NCBI GenBank assembly: GCA_951406725.2
Contig: OX597817.1
Coordinates: 11,036,001-11,100,000 of the forward strand
DNA from: Octopus vulgaris
Taxonomy: Eukaryota
Length of the DNA stretch: 64,000 nucleotides
Reading direction: 5' to 3'
Part shown: positions 1 through 11,185 of the stretch, piece by piece
Layout: each line of letters starts with the position of its first letter
Numbering within the stretch: position 1 is the first letter of the stretch
Translations under genes and position numbers: made by a program
Notes under the pieces: generated by a model
Told to the model about the DNA's origin: nothing
Databases searched by the model: none
Seen by the model: only the letters and a program-made list of their open reading frames with translations

Positions 1-145
1 CTTACCATTCAATGAAATAATCTCAGGTGCTCGAAACTCCACTAATTCTATAGAGATTATCCTGGCAACAAGGTGCTCACAACTTCATCTAGGACAACTA
101 AACGAGTGAATGAAAGTATACGTCGTTGTACATCAAGCCACATAT

Positions 146-524
146 CATTCACTCAGAGAGCGCAAACCTCCGTCAAGGCAACACCAACGTCCTCTCAACG
201 ATTAGCCAGAGTTGATTCTTAAAATGAGAATATTTGAAATAAACTCGACTGCTCTCACAATCGAGAATACTAAAAATGAACCTGACCGCTCTCAAGAATT
301 AAGTAAAAAAAACCAAAAAAAAAACCAGGAAAAATAATCCAGAATCTTGTCCGATACCGGATCGATACCAAAATATAATCAGGTCGTGCCAATCACGAGA
401 CCAAACATCCCTGAAAGTTTCATCCGAATCCATCCAGCGATTCTTGTGATATCTTATCCAAAGACAAACAAACAAACACGACTGAAAACAATACTGCCCC
501 CTTCGCTCAAGCGGAGGTAATAAT
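146..524 (-). mobile_element. Non-autonomous Helentron-type (HINE/DINE-1-like) element
   Basis: On the minus strand it starts TTATTACCTCCGC and ends ...GACGGAGGTTTGCGCTCTCTGAGTG, giving a subterminal inverted repeat plus a 3' hairpin. It has a (TTTG)n tract and is homologous to 1680-2024 and 49295-49702. Confidence 0.65.
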
Positions 525-1187
525 CCGTTGATAGAGAAAAACGGTGTGGAGCATAACTGGACTCACATATCCCAATTGCTAATTCGTCCATCAGAAGCCG
601 TGCTGTTACTATTCAGTCTCAATATTCTGCATACGACATCAGTGGGGGAAATCTCAAAGCATCATTACCCGAAAAGCGCTCGGCTACTTCTCCATCAACA
701 TATGCATGCTCGAATCCTGGTCCTCTTAGACTGCAGCTGAGGTTTCTAAATTTTTGTTCTCTTGCTAAATAATGAATTTACAAAAATTTTCCAGTCCTTT
801 GTAGCGTTTAAAAGGAGAAATTTCTGTCACCAACTCCATTACGTACGGTCGTTTTGCTACACCTTTATTTGCTTCTATTTAACCAAGAGTATTTAATAAG
901 CAATATTTCTGAAGATTAGCAACCGAGATTTATACTTCTAGCTTCACTCAGCAACTGATCATGCGCATGCGTAATTGCGCGTACACTATCTCCATAGAGA
1001 CAGTAGAGCCAGAATACCGAAAATCCTCTCTCATACGTTACACACCCGTGACTCCCTACTCTTGAGAAATTCAATGAAAATATACCTTTCAAAGTCTTTT
1101 ACTAAATCTGGCACAAGAAGCTCATGCCTCGACATAATTCTCCACGTCTTTTTCTTCCCCCATCGCCACACCATCTCTCTACTTTCT

Positions 1188-1605
1188 TATTTCTTTACTA
1201 CCCACAAGGGGCTAAACATAGAGGGGACAAACAAGGACAGATAAACGGATTCAGTCGATTACATCGACCCCAGTGCGTAACTGGTACTTAATTTATCGAG
1301 CCCGAAATGATGAAAGGCAAAGTCGACCTCGGCGGAATTTGAACTCAGAACGTAGCGGCAGACGAAATACCTATTTCTTTACTACCCACAAGGGGTTAAA
1401 CACAGAGAGGACAAACATTGACAGACAAACGGATTAAGTCGATTATATCGACCCCAGTGCGCAACTGGTACTTATTTAATCGACCCTGAAAGGATGAAAG
1501 GCACAGTCGAACTCGGCGGAATTTGAACTCACAACGTAACGGCAGACGAAATAACGCTAAGCATTTCGCCCGGCGTGCTAACGATTCTGCCAGCTCGCCG
1601 CCTCT
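1188..1605 (-). mobile_element. Meta-domain-like tRNA SINE, head-body-tail-body-tail dimer
   Basis: GACTTTGCCTTTCATCCTTTCGGGGTCGATAAA-type central domain present twice. 16-bp TSD CATCTCTCTACTTTCT at 1172-1187 and 1606-1621. Confidence 0.8.
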
Positions 1606-1679
1606 CATCTCTCTACTTTCTATTAACCTCAGTACTCAGAGTCCAGTTATGCTTCACACCGTTTTTCTCTATCAACGGA

Positions 1680-2024
1680 TTATTACCTCCGCCTGAGCGA
1701 AGGTGGCAGTATTATTTTCAGTCGTGTTTGTTTATCCTTGGATAAGATATCTCAAGAATCGCTGGATGGATTCGGATGAAACTTTCAGGGATGTTTGGTC
1801 TCGTGATTGACACGACCTGATTATATTTTGGGATCGATCCGGTATCGGACAAGATTCTGGTTTATTTTTCCTGTTTTTTTTTTTTTTTTTTTTTTTACTT
1901 AATTCTTGAGAGCGGTCAGGTCCATTTTTAGTATTTTCGATTGTGAGAGCAGTCGAGTTTAGTTCAAATATTCTCATTTTAAGAATCATCTCTGGCTAAT
2001 CGTCGAGAGGACGTTGGTGTTGCC
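1680..2024 (+). mobile_element. Helentron-type non-autonomous element, 3' truncated
   Basis: Near-identical inverted copy of 177-524. It is cut off where the tRNA-headed element begins at ~2025. Confidence 0.65.
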
Positions 2025-2027
2025 CGT

Positions 2028-2280
2028 GGGCATATGGCGTAGTGGTTAAGAGCGCGGGCTACTAACCCAAAGATTCCGAGGTAGTGATCTGAATAATAAT
2101 AATAATAATAATAATAAAAATAATGATAATAACAACAACATCGAAAAAGACCTTAGGAATGAGAACCCAGGTTCGAAATTTCCCCAAAACACCTGATGAA
2201 GGCTGGAGGGTATATCAGCCGAAACGTTGTGTTAACAACAAACAAGATGAATACAAATATCCATTTGAATGTAAATAATG
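2028..2280 (+). mobile_element. tRNA-headed SINE-like element carrying a hammerhead motif
   Basis: A-box-like TGGCGTAGTGG, anticodon-arm-like GGG-CTACTAA-CCC, an (AAT)n linker, then a hammerhead core at 2188-2233. Confidence 0.65.
2188..2233 (+). ncRNA. Minimal type-I hammerhead ribozyme (canonical core)
   Basis: Stem I AACAC/GTGTT; core CTGATGA (2193-2199); stem II GGCTG/CAGCC; GAAAC-GTT with self-complementary AACGTT as stem III. Confidence 0.8.
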
Positions 2281-2929
2281 CAGAATTAAAATAGATTAAA
2301 TGTTCATAAGTAGCTATTTTGGTGATTATTTTGGCACCCCTTGTAGGATTCCAACTCAAAGAAATGTAAATGAATAACTGAATATTGTACGGCGGAGCAC
2401 TGTTGTTGTAGCTCTGGAAAAATAAATATTATTGAAAACTCTACGTCGCCGAACGGACTTGGTTCGTGCAGCCATTTTGGCTTAAACTTCTGTTAATTCT
2501 CTAAAGGCCTTCCTTTAGCTGCAGTTAGTTCTATCGCCCGATAAAATCATTTTCCGCCCAGAGTATAAAGAAGACATTTGCGCGTGAAAGGTGTCAGTTG
2601 AATCTAATTAGTTCTTGTCTGATGGCGATGCTAATTACTATTATATTGCGTTTTATTGCTCGTTTTGTGATTTATGCCGGAGACATGTTTGCCAGTAATC
2701 TATAAAATCAACATTTCAAAGTTTATAACGATCCAGATCGTGTTATATTACTGTAATATTCGTGCTAGATCACTCAAATATGGTATCATGGCAAGATTTT
2801 AATTTCTTCATGCATTACAAAAGAGACATGTCATATAGAATAATCTAATTTCAATAACGAGTTCTTAATCATGCAAATAATAAGCAAGAATTAAAAACTC
2901 TAAAGCTTCAACAACAACTTCATATAAGA

Positions 2930-3329
2930 CTAGCAGTATCGCCCGGCGTTGCTCGGGTTTGTAAGGGAAATAACTATATAAGCATTTTTAGAGATGTAAA
3001 GTATAATAGCCAGCCATCTCAATATGGTTAACCACAAAGGGGGGGTGTTACTGTAGCTTTTTACGTTCTGAGATTTAATAATAAACTTTTAGAGAGTTAC
3101 TTCCCTTAGATATGCCAAAAATGCATTAAAAATGGGAAAAAATGATGGTAAATCTTTTTTAAAATCGTAGACTCATCGTAGACGCGCGCTAATACCCAAA
3201 AGGGCTCGATATGAATCACGACTATAAGATACCCGCTTTTGGTTACACTGCACCGTAAAATGTGGGAGTAGTTAGGAATCTAAATCGTAGGAGACAGACA
3301 GCACACAACCTTACTTTTATATATAAAGA
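2930..3329 (-). mobile_element. Non-autonomous Helitron
   Basis: On the minus strand: 5' TC, 3' hairpin CCCGAGCAACGCCGGG then CTAG, inserted between A and T. Further copies at 19982, 47204 and 61039. Confidence 0.8.
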
Positions 3330-4100
3330 TTACTACCCTCTAACAGCCAGCAAACTCCCTTCTTTAACACTTTACCAATGTCAGTCACCGATAAAAAGCA
3401 GCCTACCCTGAAGGTATGTGCCTGTATTTTGACGTTCGCCGCCTCAGATCTCAACAAAACTAATGGTAAATACTTGAAGATAAAGGACACGTTTAAATGT
3501 AGCGCCGTCAGGAGTAGCGGTCCCAGTTATTATTAGCTCTAAAAGACATTGCGTCGGACGCAAAAAGTATCTTAGGTCACTTCGAAACAATAAGACCACT
3601 TGTTCTGACGGTGTTTCTCCATTAATTTCAGACATTGTACTCCAGATTTAGCTCCTAAATTCACCAAACTCTCCCTCTTTACAGAGATCTATCCTGATCT
3701 TTGGAAACACACTACACTTTGTCTCATCTCTAAGAAAGGCAGCCCCTCCGACTCAACCAAATATCGCTCTGTCGTACTCGCTCTAGGGCAGAGGTGCTCA
3801 ACGGGGCAGCACCGCCCCCAAGGGGGCGCTGGGTATGTCGAAGGAAGCGTTAGTCTTTAGGCTTTAGGTGAGGTAACATAACATAGTAAATTTTACCTGT
3901 AGTAGTAATTATGATACATAATAAAACTAGAAATTATAAAAATATTATGAGAGATAAGTATATACTGTGGGTAGAAATATGTTTGAAGAAGAATAATTAA
4001 TTTTTAATCTTATTTTTGTCTCGAATAGGGTTCTTTAGGCGTGCAGTCTTGCTAGTTTACTTTGTATATTGTGATCTCCATTTGAGTAAAATTTATAAAT

Positions 4101-4500
4101 AGGTGCAGGAGTGGCTGTGTGGTAAGTAGCTTGCTTACCAACCACATGGTTCCGGGTTCAGTCCCACTGCGTGGCACCTTGGGTAAGTGTCTTTTACTGT
4201 AGCCTCGGGCCGACCAAAGCCTTGTGAGTGGATTTGGTAGACGGAAACTGAAAAGAAGCCCGTCGTATATATGTATATATATGTGTGTGTGTTTGTGTGT
4301 CTGTGTTTGTCCCCCAACATCGCTTGACAACCGATGCTGGTGTGTTTACGTCCCCATCACTTAGCGGTTCAGCAAAAGAGACCGATAGAATAAGTACTAG
4401 GCTTCCAAAGAATAAGTCCTGGGGTTGATTTGCTCGACCAAAGGTGGTGCTCCAGCATGACCACAGTCAAATAACTGAAAGAAGTAAAAGAGTAAAATAG
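4101..4500 (+). mobile_element. SINE family A (tRNA head, CORE-like CCTTGGGCAAGTG motif, internal TA/TG microsatellite, (AGTAAAAG)n tail)
   Basis: About 400-bp repeat with at least 12 copies in the window. Confidence 0.85.
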
Positions 4501-4571
4501 TTAATTATCATCCATGTTATATTAGTTTAGTCGTGATATCTCATGCGCCACCTATGTGTGTACTAGGCATG

Positions 4572-4956
4572 TGGAAGCACTCCGTCGGTTACGACGATGA
4601 GGGTTCCGGTTGATCCGAATCAACGGAACAGCCTGCTCGTGAAATTAACGTGTAAGTGGCTGAGCACTCCACAGACACGTGCACCCTTAACGTAGTTCTC
4701 GGGGATATTCAGCGTGACAAAGAGAGTGACAAGGCCGGCCCTTTGAAATACAGGTACAACAGAAACAGGAAGTAAGAGTGAGAGAAAGTTGTGTTGAAAG
4801 AGTGCAGCAGGGATCACCACCATCCCCTGCCGGAGCCTCGTGGAGCTTTAGGTGTTTTCGCTCAATAAACACTCACAACGCCCGGTCTGGGAATCGAAAC
4901 CGCGATCCTATAACCGCGAGTCCGCTGCCCTAACCACTGGGCCATTGCGCCTCCAC
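4572..4956 (-). mobile_element. SINE family B (tRNA-like head GGCGCAATGGCCCAGTGG...GGTTTCGATTCCC)
   Basis: A and B boxes present; imperfect TSD GT(A/G)CTAGGCAT; five full copies in the window. Confidence 0.85.
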
Positions 4957-5204
4957 GTGCTAGGCATAACAACATATAAAAGGGAGCGCTACAAAAATAA
5001 ATAAATAAATAAATAAATAAATAAAATATAAGGTGAAGACCCACTGCTCTGAGATTGACAATAACATTCTTCAGCCACTGACAATAACATTCTTCAATAC
5101 ACAAGTCCCCTGTCTCTTTCTCTCCTCTTATTGACCACCAGTACGGTCTCAGTAAAGGTAGATTCGCTGGAGACCTACTCTGTTCTTGAGAGTAGTTTGT
5201 TGCT

Positions 5205-5511
5205 TTCAAATTTTGGCACAAGCCAGCAATTTCAGGGGAGGGGGTAAGTCGATTATACCGACCACAGTGTTCAACTCATACTTATTTAAACGATCTCGAA
5301 AAGATAAAAGGCAAAGCCGACCTCGGCGGAATTTGAACTCAGAATGTGCAGACGGACGAAACGCAGCTAAACAATTTTCCGGGCGTGCTAATAATACTGC
5401 CAGCTTGTCGCGTTTCTGTACATCGAGCCCAGTACTCAACTGGTACTTATTTTATCGACCCCGAAAAGATGAAAAGGGAAGTCGACCCCGGCGGCATTTG
5501 AACTCAGAACG
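5205..5511 (-). mobile_element. Two tandem decayed Meta-like SINE pieces
   Basis: Homology to the central domain of 1188-1605. Confidence 0.7.
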
Positions 5512-5775
5512 TTCTTTAGAACAATTTATTAAAAGTAATGTTCTTACCTTCAACATCTACCGAGTCTGGTATGAAAATCCATCCAAACTTACCATCTCTG
5601 GACTCTGCTCGTCTCTCATCTCTTGGATAAGTAGCTTCTTGTCAGAGCGAACGCTTATAATAATCTCTTATATCAATGAAGGAAATGTAAACCACTTTTA
5701 CAACCTTCAAAAGAGTGAGATGGAATGAGTTCCACCAAGAAACAGAACCAACATCTTTAAAATTTAACAACACCG

Positions 5776-5777
<2 letters not shown>

Positions 5778-5822
<45 letters not shown>

Positions 5823-6312
5823 TGTGTACAATGCTCAGGTGCACTACAACTCATCTAAAGTGTATATATAATCAGGTGTAGTTTCGGCGGATTTCGGAAA
5901 GCATGAGGGCCTTAAAGGATGCAGTGTCATGACAGTCAACAACTGACGCAGGCAGTTTGTTCCATGCTTCAGCAACTCTGAGCGTGAAGAAATGTTTCCG
6001 AAAGTCATGGGAGCTGTGTTGTTTTCTGACTTTGTAGGCATGTCCACGTGTGTTGGACACATGGAGATCAAAAAGGTGTTCAGTGTTGTTGTTGGTGAGG
6101 TGGTTGATAACTTTGTGGGTGTTTACCAAGTCCATCGCCAGACGCCGGAGCTTCAGTGAATCCATGCCTAGGGAAACAAGGCGCTCAGAATATGGTAAGT
6201 GTCTGATGGAGGGTATGCGTTTGGTTGCACGTCTCTGAACAGATTCCAGGAGGTCAATGTTCTGAGCAAGATAGGGGTTCCAAACTGATGATGCGAATTC
6301 CAAGTGTGGAAT
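5778..6312 (-). mobile_element. 5'-truncated CR1-group LINE 3' end with (ATT)n tail
   Basis: ORF 5872-6369 reads PHLEFASSVWNPY...ESVQRRATK...YSERL...TRGH...FFTLRVAEAWNKLP. Tail at 5778-5822. Confidence 0.85.
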
Positions 6313-7021
6313 AATCACCTGATGCATCCGAAAACATATTCTATAAGGAAGGGAAGAATACAACTTCATTTGTACGCAAAATAAACAATTTGATAAAAAC
6401 CGAATATATCGTCAAATACAATCGACCAACAATCACAAACAACTTAAAGATATAAATAAAACTCGGTATCAAATAACTAAACAAAGAAATATAAATATGT
6501 ATCGTTTTGAACCTAAAATGAACAGCAAAGTCGATTGTAAGAGGAATTGAAAATAGAACACAAACAAGTATTAACTTTTTATCATTTTTTAAAGAAAAGT
6601 ACTCAGCGAATTCGTTCCGATTAAATCTGGAATTAGCTGTTCTAAAGTCCAATAATCACTTCAATTATATCGACTTAAGTACGTTACCTAGCAGGGGAAA
6701 TAACTCTTTCAGAATTGCCTCCCTTAGATCTATATACATTTATACTTTTTTACTCTCTTGAGTGTGTTCGTATATATGAGCCCCCATCCTTAATGTTTAT
6801 GCAATATAGTACAGCTGAATTATGAAATTTTCGTTTATTTTTTAATATTCAAGAAATTTTCGTCTTTATTTTCTACTGAGATAATATGGAAGAAGATTTC
6901 GATGTTGTTACGAAAACAAAACAAAACAGTCCATCGAATCTTGTTCGACAGACTGTTTGGGAACACGGACACACACGCATAGAGATGCACATCCATACAT
7001 ACAAACATGGTACATAGTTGC

Positions 7022-7061
<40 letters not shown>

Positions 7062-7312
7062 GACAGACATGCACGCACAAGGAGACAGGGGTGCATACAT
7101 ATACAAACACATACTCACACACACACACACATACATACATACATATGCATACACACACATACATACATACATATGCATACACACACATACATACATACAC
7201 ATGCATACATACATACACATACATACGTACATGCATGCATAGGCACACACACACACACTTACCCACACACATGCGCACAAACAAACAAAAGGGAACGCAG
7301 TGTAAATAACAG

Positions 7313-7515
7313 ACAGAGTCAAGACTATTGAAAAGATTGCAAGACGCAACGAAAATTTTAGGAAAATAAAAATAAGAAAAAAGTGGAAATTTTACCGGTG
7401 AATGTGTTACATTATAGAGCACAAAAAGAAAATGGCTCTCCCCAGACACAACAGAATATGTTTCAACACACGAACTCATATAAAGAATCTTGCAAACCAA
7501 ATCCCAAAACGAAAT
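7313..7515 (+). repeat. Penelope-terminal-repeat-like unit with variant hammerhead (7325-7361)
   Basis: Also at 8508-8650 (+), 8683-8809 (-), 8809-8940 (+, partial), 26457-26645 (-) and 26656-26770 (+). Confidence 0.6.
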
Positions 7516-7810
7516 ATATATGCAGCACGGACTTTGTCAGTGAACAGGTCGCGGATTTTAGCGACGAAAATATTTTGACAAATTAAACTTAAATGTTGGA
7601 GTGAATCGAACGGCTTTTGTGTGTTTCTTAAATGGCTTATAAACACCTTCCACGCTGCAATTGTTTTCGTTTCAGCACACGATCTCAGATCAAATTACTT
7701 GCTATGCGAGTACATCTCCGAAATATATATATATATATTTCAAAATGTGACCTCGTGTGTCGATTTTTTTCCCTCTGTCTTCCCTTCTCTGGATCTTTCC
7801 TTTCTCCAAT

Positions 7811-7845
7811 GTTTCCGACGAAGAGCTCCGCTCGAAACGTTAAAC
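7811..7845 (+). ncRNA. Minimal type-I hammerhead-like motif, C4 core variant
   Basis: GTTT-CCGACGA-A-GAGC(TCC)GCTC-GAAAC-GTT-AAAC, inside a ~190-bp repeat (7760-7946) ending in (TA)n. Confidence 0.6.
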
Positions 7846-7972
7846 CCTCCTTCTTCCCATTTTTCCTGAGCGTCCAATAATACCATATTTGTTCCACGTC
7901 CTCGCGTTGTTGTGTTTTTTTTTGTGCTTTCTTGTTTGGATTAACTATATATATATATATACATACATACAT

Positions 7973-8052
<80 letters not shown>

Positions 8053-8507
8053 GTGTGTGTGTTTATATGCATATATGTAGGTAAATGGATATGTATGTAA
8101 ACAGATAGATATACAGACGGATAGGTACACAGGTAATATGAACAGACAAGTACACATACACACATACCTACACAAATGAAGACTGAAACACATGACCATA
8201 TACACACACACTTCACTTCACACAAGGACACATATGGAGACACACATCCATAGTCACAAAATCCCATACACAGACACACCCAGACATGCACACACAAGGA
8301 GACAGAGGCACACACACACACAAATACATAAACACATGAATATGCAGAATACATACATGCAAACGTACACATACACACACACACATATATATATATATAT
8401 AAGGAAACACACATACATGCATACATACATACATATGTGTATGCGCACGCACACTGCCCCACACACATGCGCACAAACTAATATAAAGAACGCAGGTCGG
8501 ATAACGG

Positions 8508-8647
8508 ACAGAGTCAACGACTATTGAAAAGGTTACAAGACGCAACGAAAATTCTAGAAAAAATAAATAAGTAAATGAGTGGAAACTGAACCGGTGAGTG
8601 TGTTAAATGATAAAGCACTAAAAGAGAATGACCCTCCCCAGACACAA

Positions 8648-8678
<31 letters not shown>

Positions 8679-8937
8679 CACTGTTGTGTCTGGGGAGAGT
8701 CATTTTCTTTTTGTGCCTTATAATGTAACACACTCACCGGTAAAATTTCCACTTACTTTTATTTTCCTAAAATTTTCGTTGCGTCTTGCAACCTTTTCAA
8801 TAGTCTTGAGTGGAAATTTTACGGGTGAGTGTGTTACATTATAAGGCACAAAAAGAAAATGACTCTCCCCAGAACACAACAGAATATGCTTCAACACACG
8901 AACTCATATAAAGAATCTTGCAAACCAAATCCAAAAA

Positions 8938-8940
<3 letters not shown>
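8508..8940. repeat. Direct, inverted and direct cluster of the hammerhead-bearing repeat
   Basis: Plus copy 8508-8650, TA-rich spacer, minus copy 8683-8809, plus partial copy 8809-8940. Confidence 0.75.
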
Positions 8941-8998
<58 letters not shown>

Positions 8999-9109
8999 AT
9001 ATAAAAAACTTTTGATAAGCATAACAAATGCGCAACCGGTAAAAAGAACTTTCACCTAATTAAATTACTTAAATTACTTAAATTATTTTGTCAGCACTTT
9101 CTTCATTTC

Positions 9110-9160
<51 letters not shown>

Positions 9161-9529
9161 AGTAGAGCAAGTTGCCACATCAAAGTGGCAGATGAATGTT
9201 ACTACTAGTTTAACCCCGGGCAGAATCTCCGCTAGCTGGTTTTCAATGCAACGTTCTGCATCCTTTATATACAATATATCGCTAGCAGTGGGAGCGAATC
9301 CTTACTAACCTCCATCAGCTAATAGGATCGCTGGACTGGCCCAGTTTCGAGCTAGCTGGCTTTTCGTCAGCCGCGTGCACCTGTATAATAGAGTGATAGC
9401 TAAGATCCTCTTCTGCCAGAGATATATTGTAAACAAAGTGACCACCGGTTACTGATTTGCAACAAGCAAATCTCCTCTAGAAAACTTTTGGAACGGGGCC
9501 GGCCGATGAAAAATTTCCAGTTTTTTTTT

Positions 9530-9826
9530 GTTCCTTCTCGAGCCATGCCTGGCTCATAAGGGCCGGTTTCCCGGTTTCCTTGTCGTATAGATTCCCCACC
9601 TGGACAGGACGCCGATCCGTCGCAGATGAGCTGCAAGATGCAGGAGGAAAGAGTGAGAGAAAGTTGTGGCGAAAGAGTCAACAGAAGTTCGCCATTACCT
9701 TCTGTCGGAGCCGCGTGGATCTTAGGTGTTTCGCTCATAAACACACAGATCGCCCGGTCTGAGATTTGAACCCGCGATCCTTCGACCGCGAGTCCGCTGC
9801 TCTAACCACTAGGCCATGTGCCTCCA
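9530..9826 (-). mobile_element. SINE with family-B-like head and V-domain-like body
   Basis: Head GGAGGCACATGGCCTAGTGG; body TGCGACGGATCGGCGTCCTGTCCAGG. Confidence 0.7.
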
Positions 9827-10460
9827 CTTAGCCTGGCAGTGGTACCGGAGACATTGCCAGTTCGTGATATAGGCATAGAAGTATCTATTTCTTTATTACC
9901 CACAAGGGGCTAAACACAGAGAGGACAGACAAACGGATTAAGCCGATTATATCGACCCCAGTGCGTAACTGGTACTTATTTAATCGACCCCGAAAGGACG
10001 AAAGGCAAAGTCGACCTCTGCGGAATTTGGTAGCGGCAGACGAAATACCGCTAAGCATTTCGCCCAGCGTGCTAGCGTTCCTGCCAGCTCGCCGCCTTAT
10101 AGGCATAGACGTACTGTCAGTTGAACCTGCCTGAGATGCAGGCAGAGCGACGAAGCTGTTCTGCATGAGCTCGTCCAATGCTCGATCAGAGTTATGTCAA
10201 ACACTTGTTGACACGTCCTGGACGGATCCAACTATCAATGGAGTCAAATGTAAAGATCGTCCTGCTACTTTCTTTCGTCGGGAAGATTGGCAGTGTTTGT
10301 TTGGTTGCTATGGCGAAAGAGGTAGTATGGTGCATTAGATCGAAAGAGCTGAAAAATAGACACCTTCTTTGGCCAAGTTATCATCAACTTTTTCAAGTTT
10401 CACTTGAGAAGTTAAGTGCGAGTAGAGAGGGAATTGTTGCTTTCCTGCAAATTTCTTGAA
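9827..10460 (+). pseudogene. Tx1/L1-group LINE 3' fragment (zinc knuckle) interrupted by a SINE
   Basis: TCLRCRQSDEAVLHELVQC at ~10124-10180, followed by ...CLVAMAKEVVW... Confidence 0.6.
9885..10097 (-). mobile_element. Meta-like SINE
   Basis: Family homology; flanking direct repeat TATAGGCATAGA at 9868-9879 and 10098-10109. Confidence 0.8.
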
Positions 10461-10989
10461 AGGTGAATGTGAGTGGCTACTTGCGAAATGCTAAACTGCC
10501 TAAAACTTGGAGGCCCTCGTCAAAAATTACACCAGACGATCTCAAAAAAAATTGTAAATATGTGTACGTTTTAATCCTTTTGAAGCCCCAACGGATTGTG
10601 AGTCTCTAAGCTGTTTTAGTTTATGCTGAAATCCGACACAGTATCCATGATTACGTTATCCAATTAGTTCTACTTTTTTTAAGACTGTAGGGAACTTTTG
10701 GTGGATATATAGGTGTTATATTTAACAAGTCGAATGAGGTCATCTCACATTGGCTTACGTCCAGCTGTAGGCTATACTACATTAGGATATCTATTTATAG
10801 TAAGTTCATTGTCCAAATGCTATCGACTTGTCCAGTGGCATTTCAGTTAATTTTCCACAACGCAATATTTTACACTTAATATATAAAATTTCCGAAAACT
10901 TCTCATGTTACAACTCTTCACATTTTCTTTACTGTTATATAAAAATTAGATGGATAATCAGAAGCCAGATGTATATGTAGATATAATTG

Positions 10990-11185
10990 GCTCATGGGTC
11001 CGATTTTCCGGTTTCTTTGGCGTATGTGCTCCCCAGCTGGACGGGACGCCAGTCCATCGCAGCGTTACTCATTTTTGCCAGCTGAATGGACTGGAGCAAC
11101 GTGAAATGAAGTGTTTTGCTCAAGAACACAACGTGTCACCCGGTCATGATGCTGACACCCTATCCACTAAGCCACGTACCTTCAC
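10990..11185 (-). mobile_element. tRNA SINE with CORE-like and V-like domains
   Basis: TTCTTGAGCAAAACACTT followed by TGCGATGGACTGGCGTCCCGTCCAG; head related to 60510-60861. Confidence 0.65.

Larger units (their letters stand above)
3600..5740 (+). pseudogene. Decayed CR1/L2/Jockey-group LINE reverse transcriptase split by nested insertions
   Basis: Colinear RT pieces: WKHTTLCLISKKGSPSDSTKYRSVVL (~3700-3780), LIDHQYGLSKGRFAGDLL (~5127-5180) and RVWYENPSKL...LISWISSFLSERTL (~5560-5656). The gaps are filled by SINEs. Confidence 0.7.

Noticed and set aside
2440-2600. YY1-like GCCATTTT and E2F-like motifs suggesting a promoter
   Set aside because: Short motifs only, with no linked exon or ORF support.
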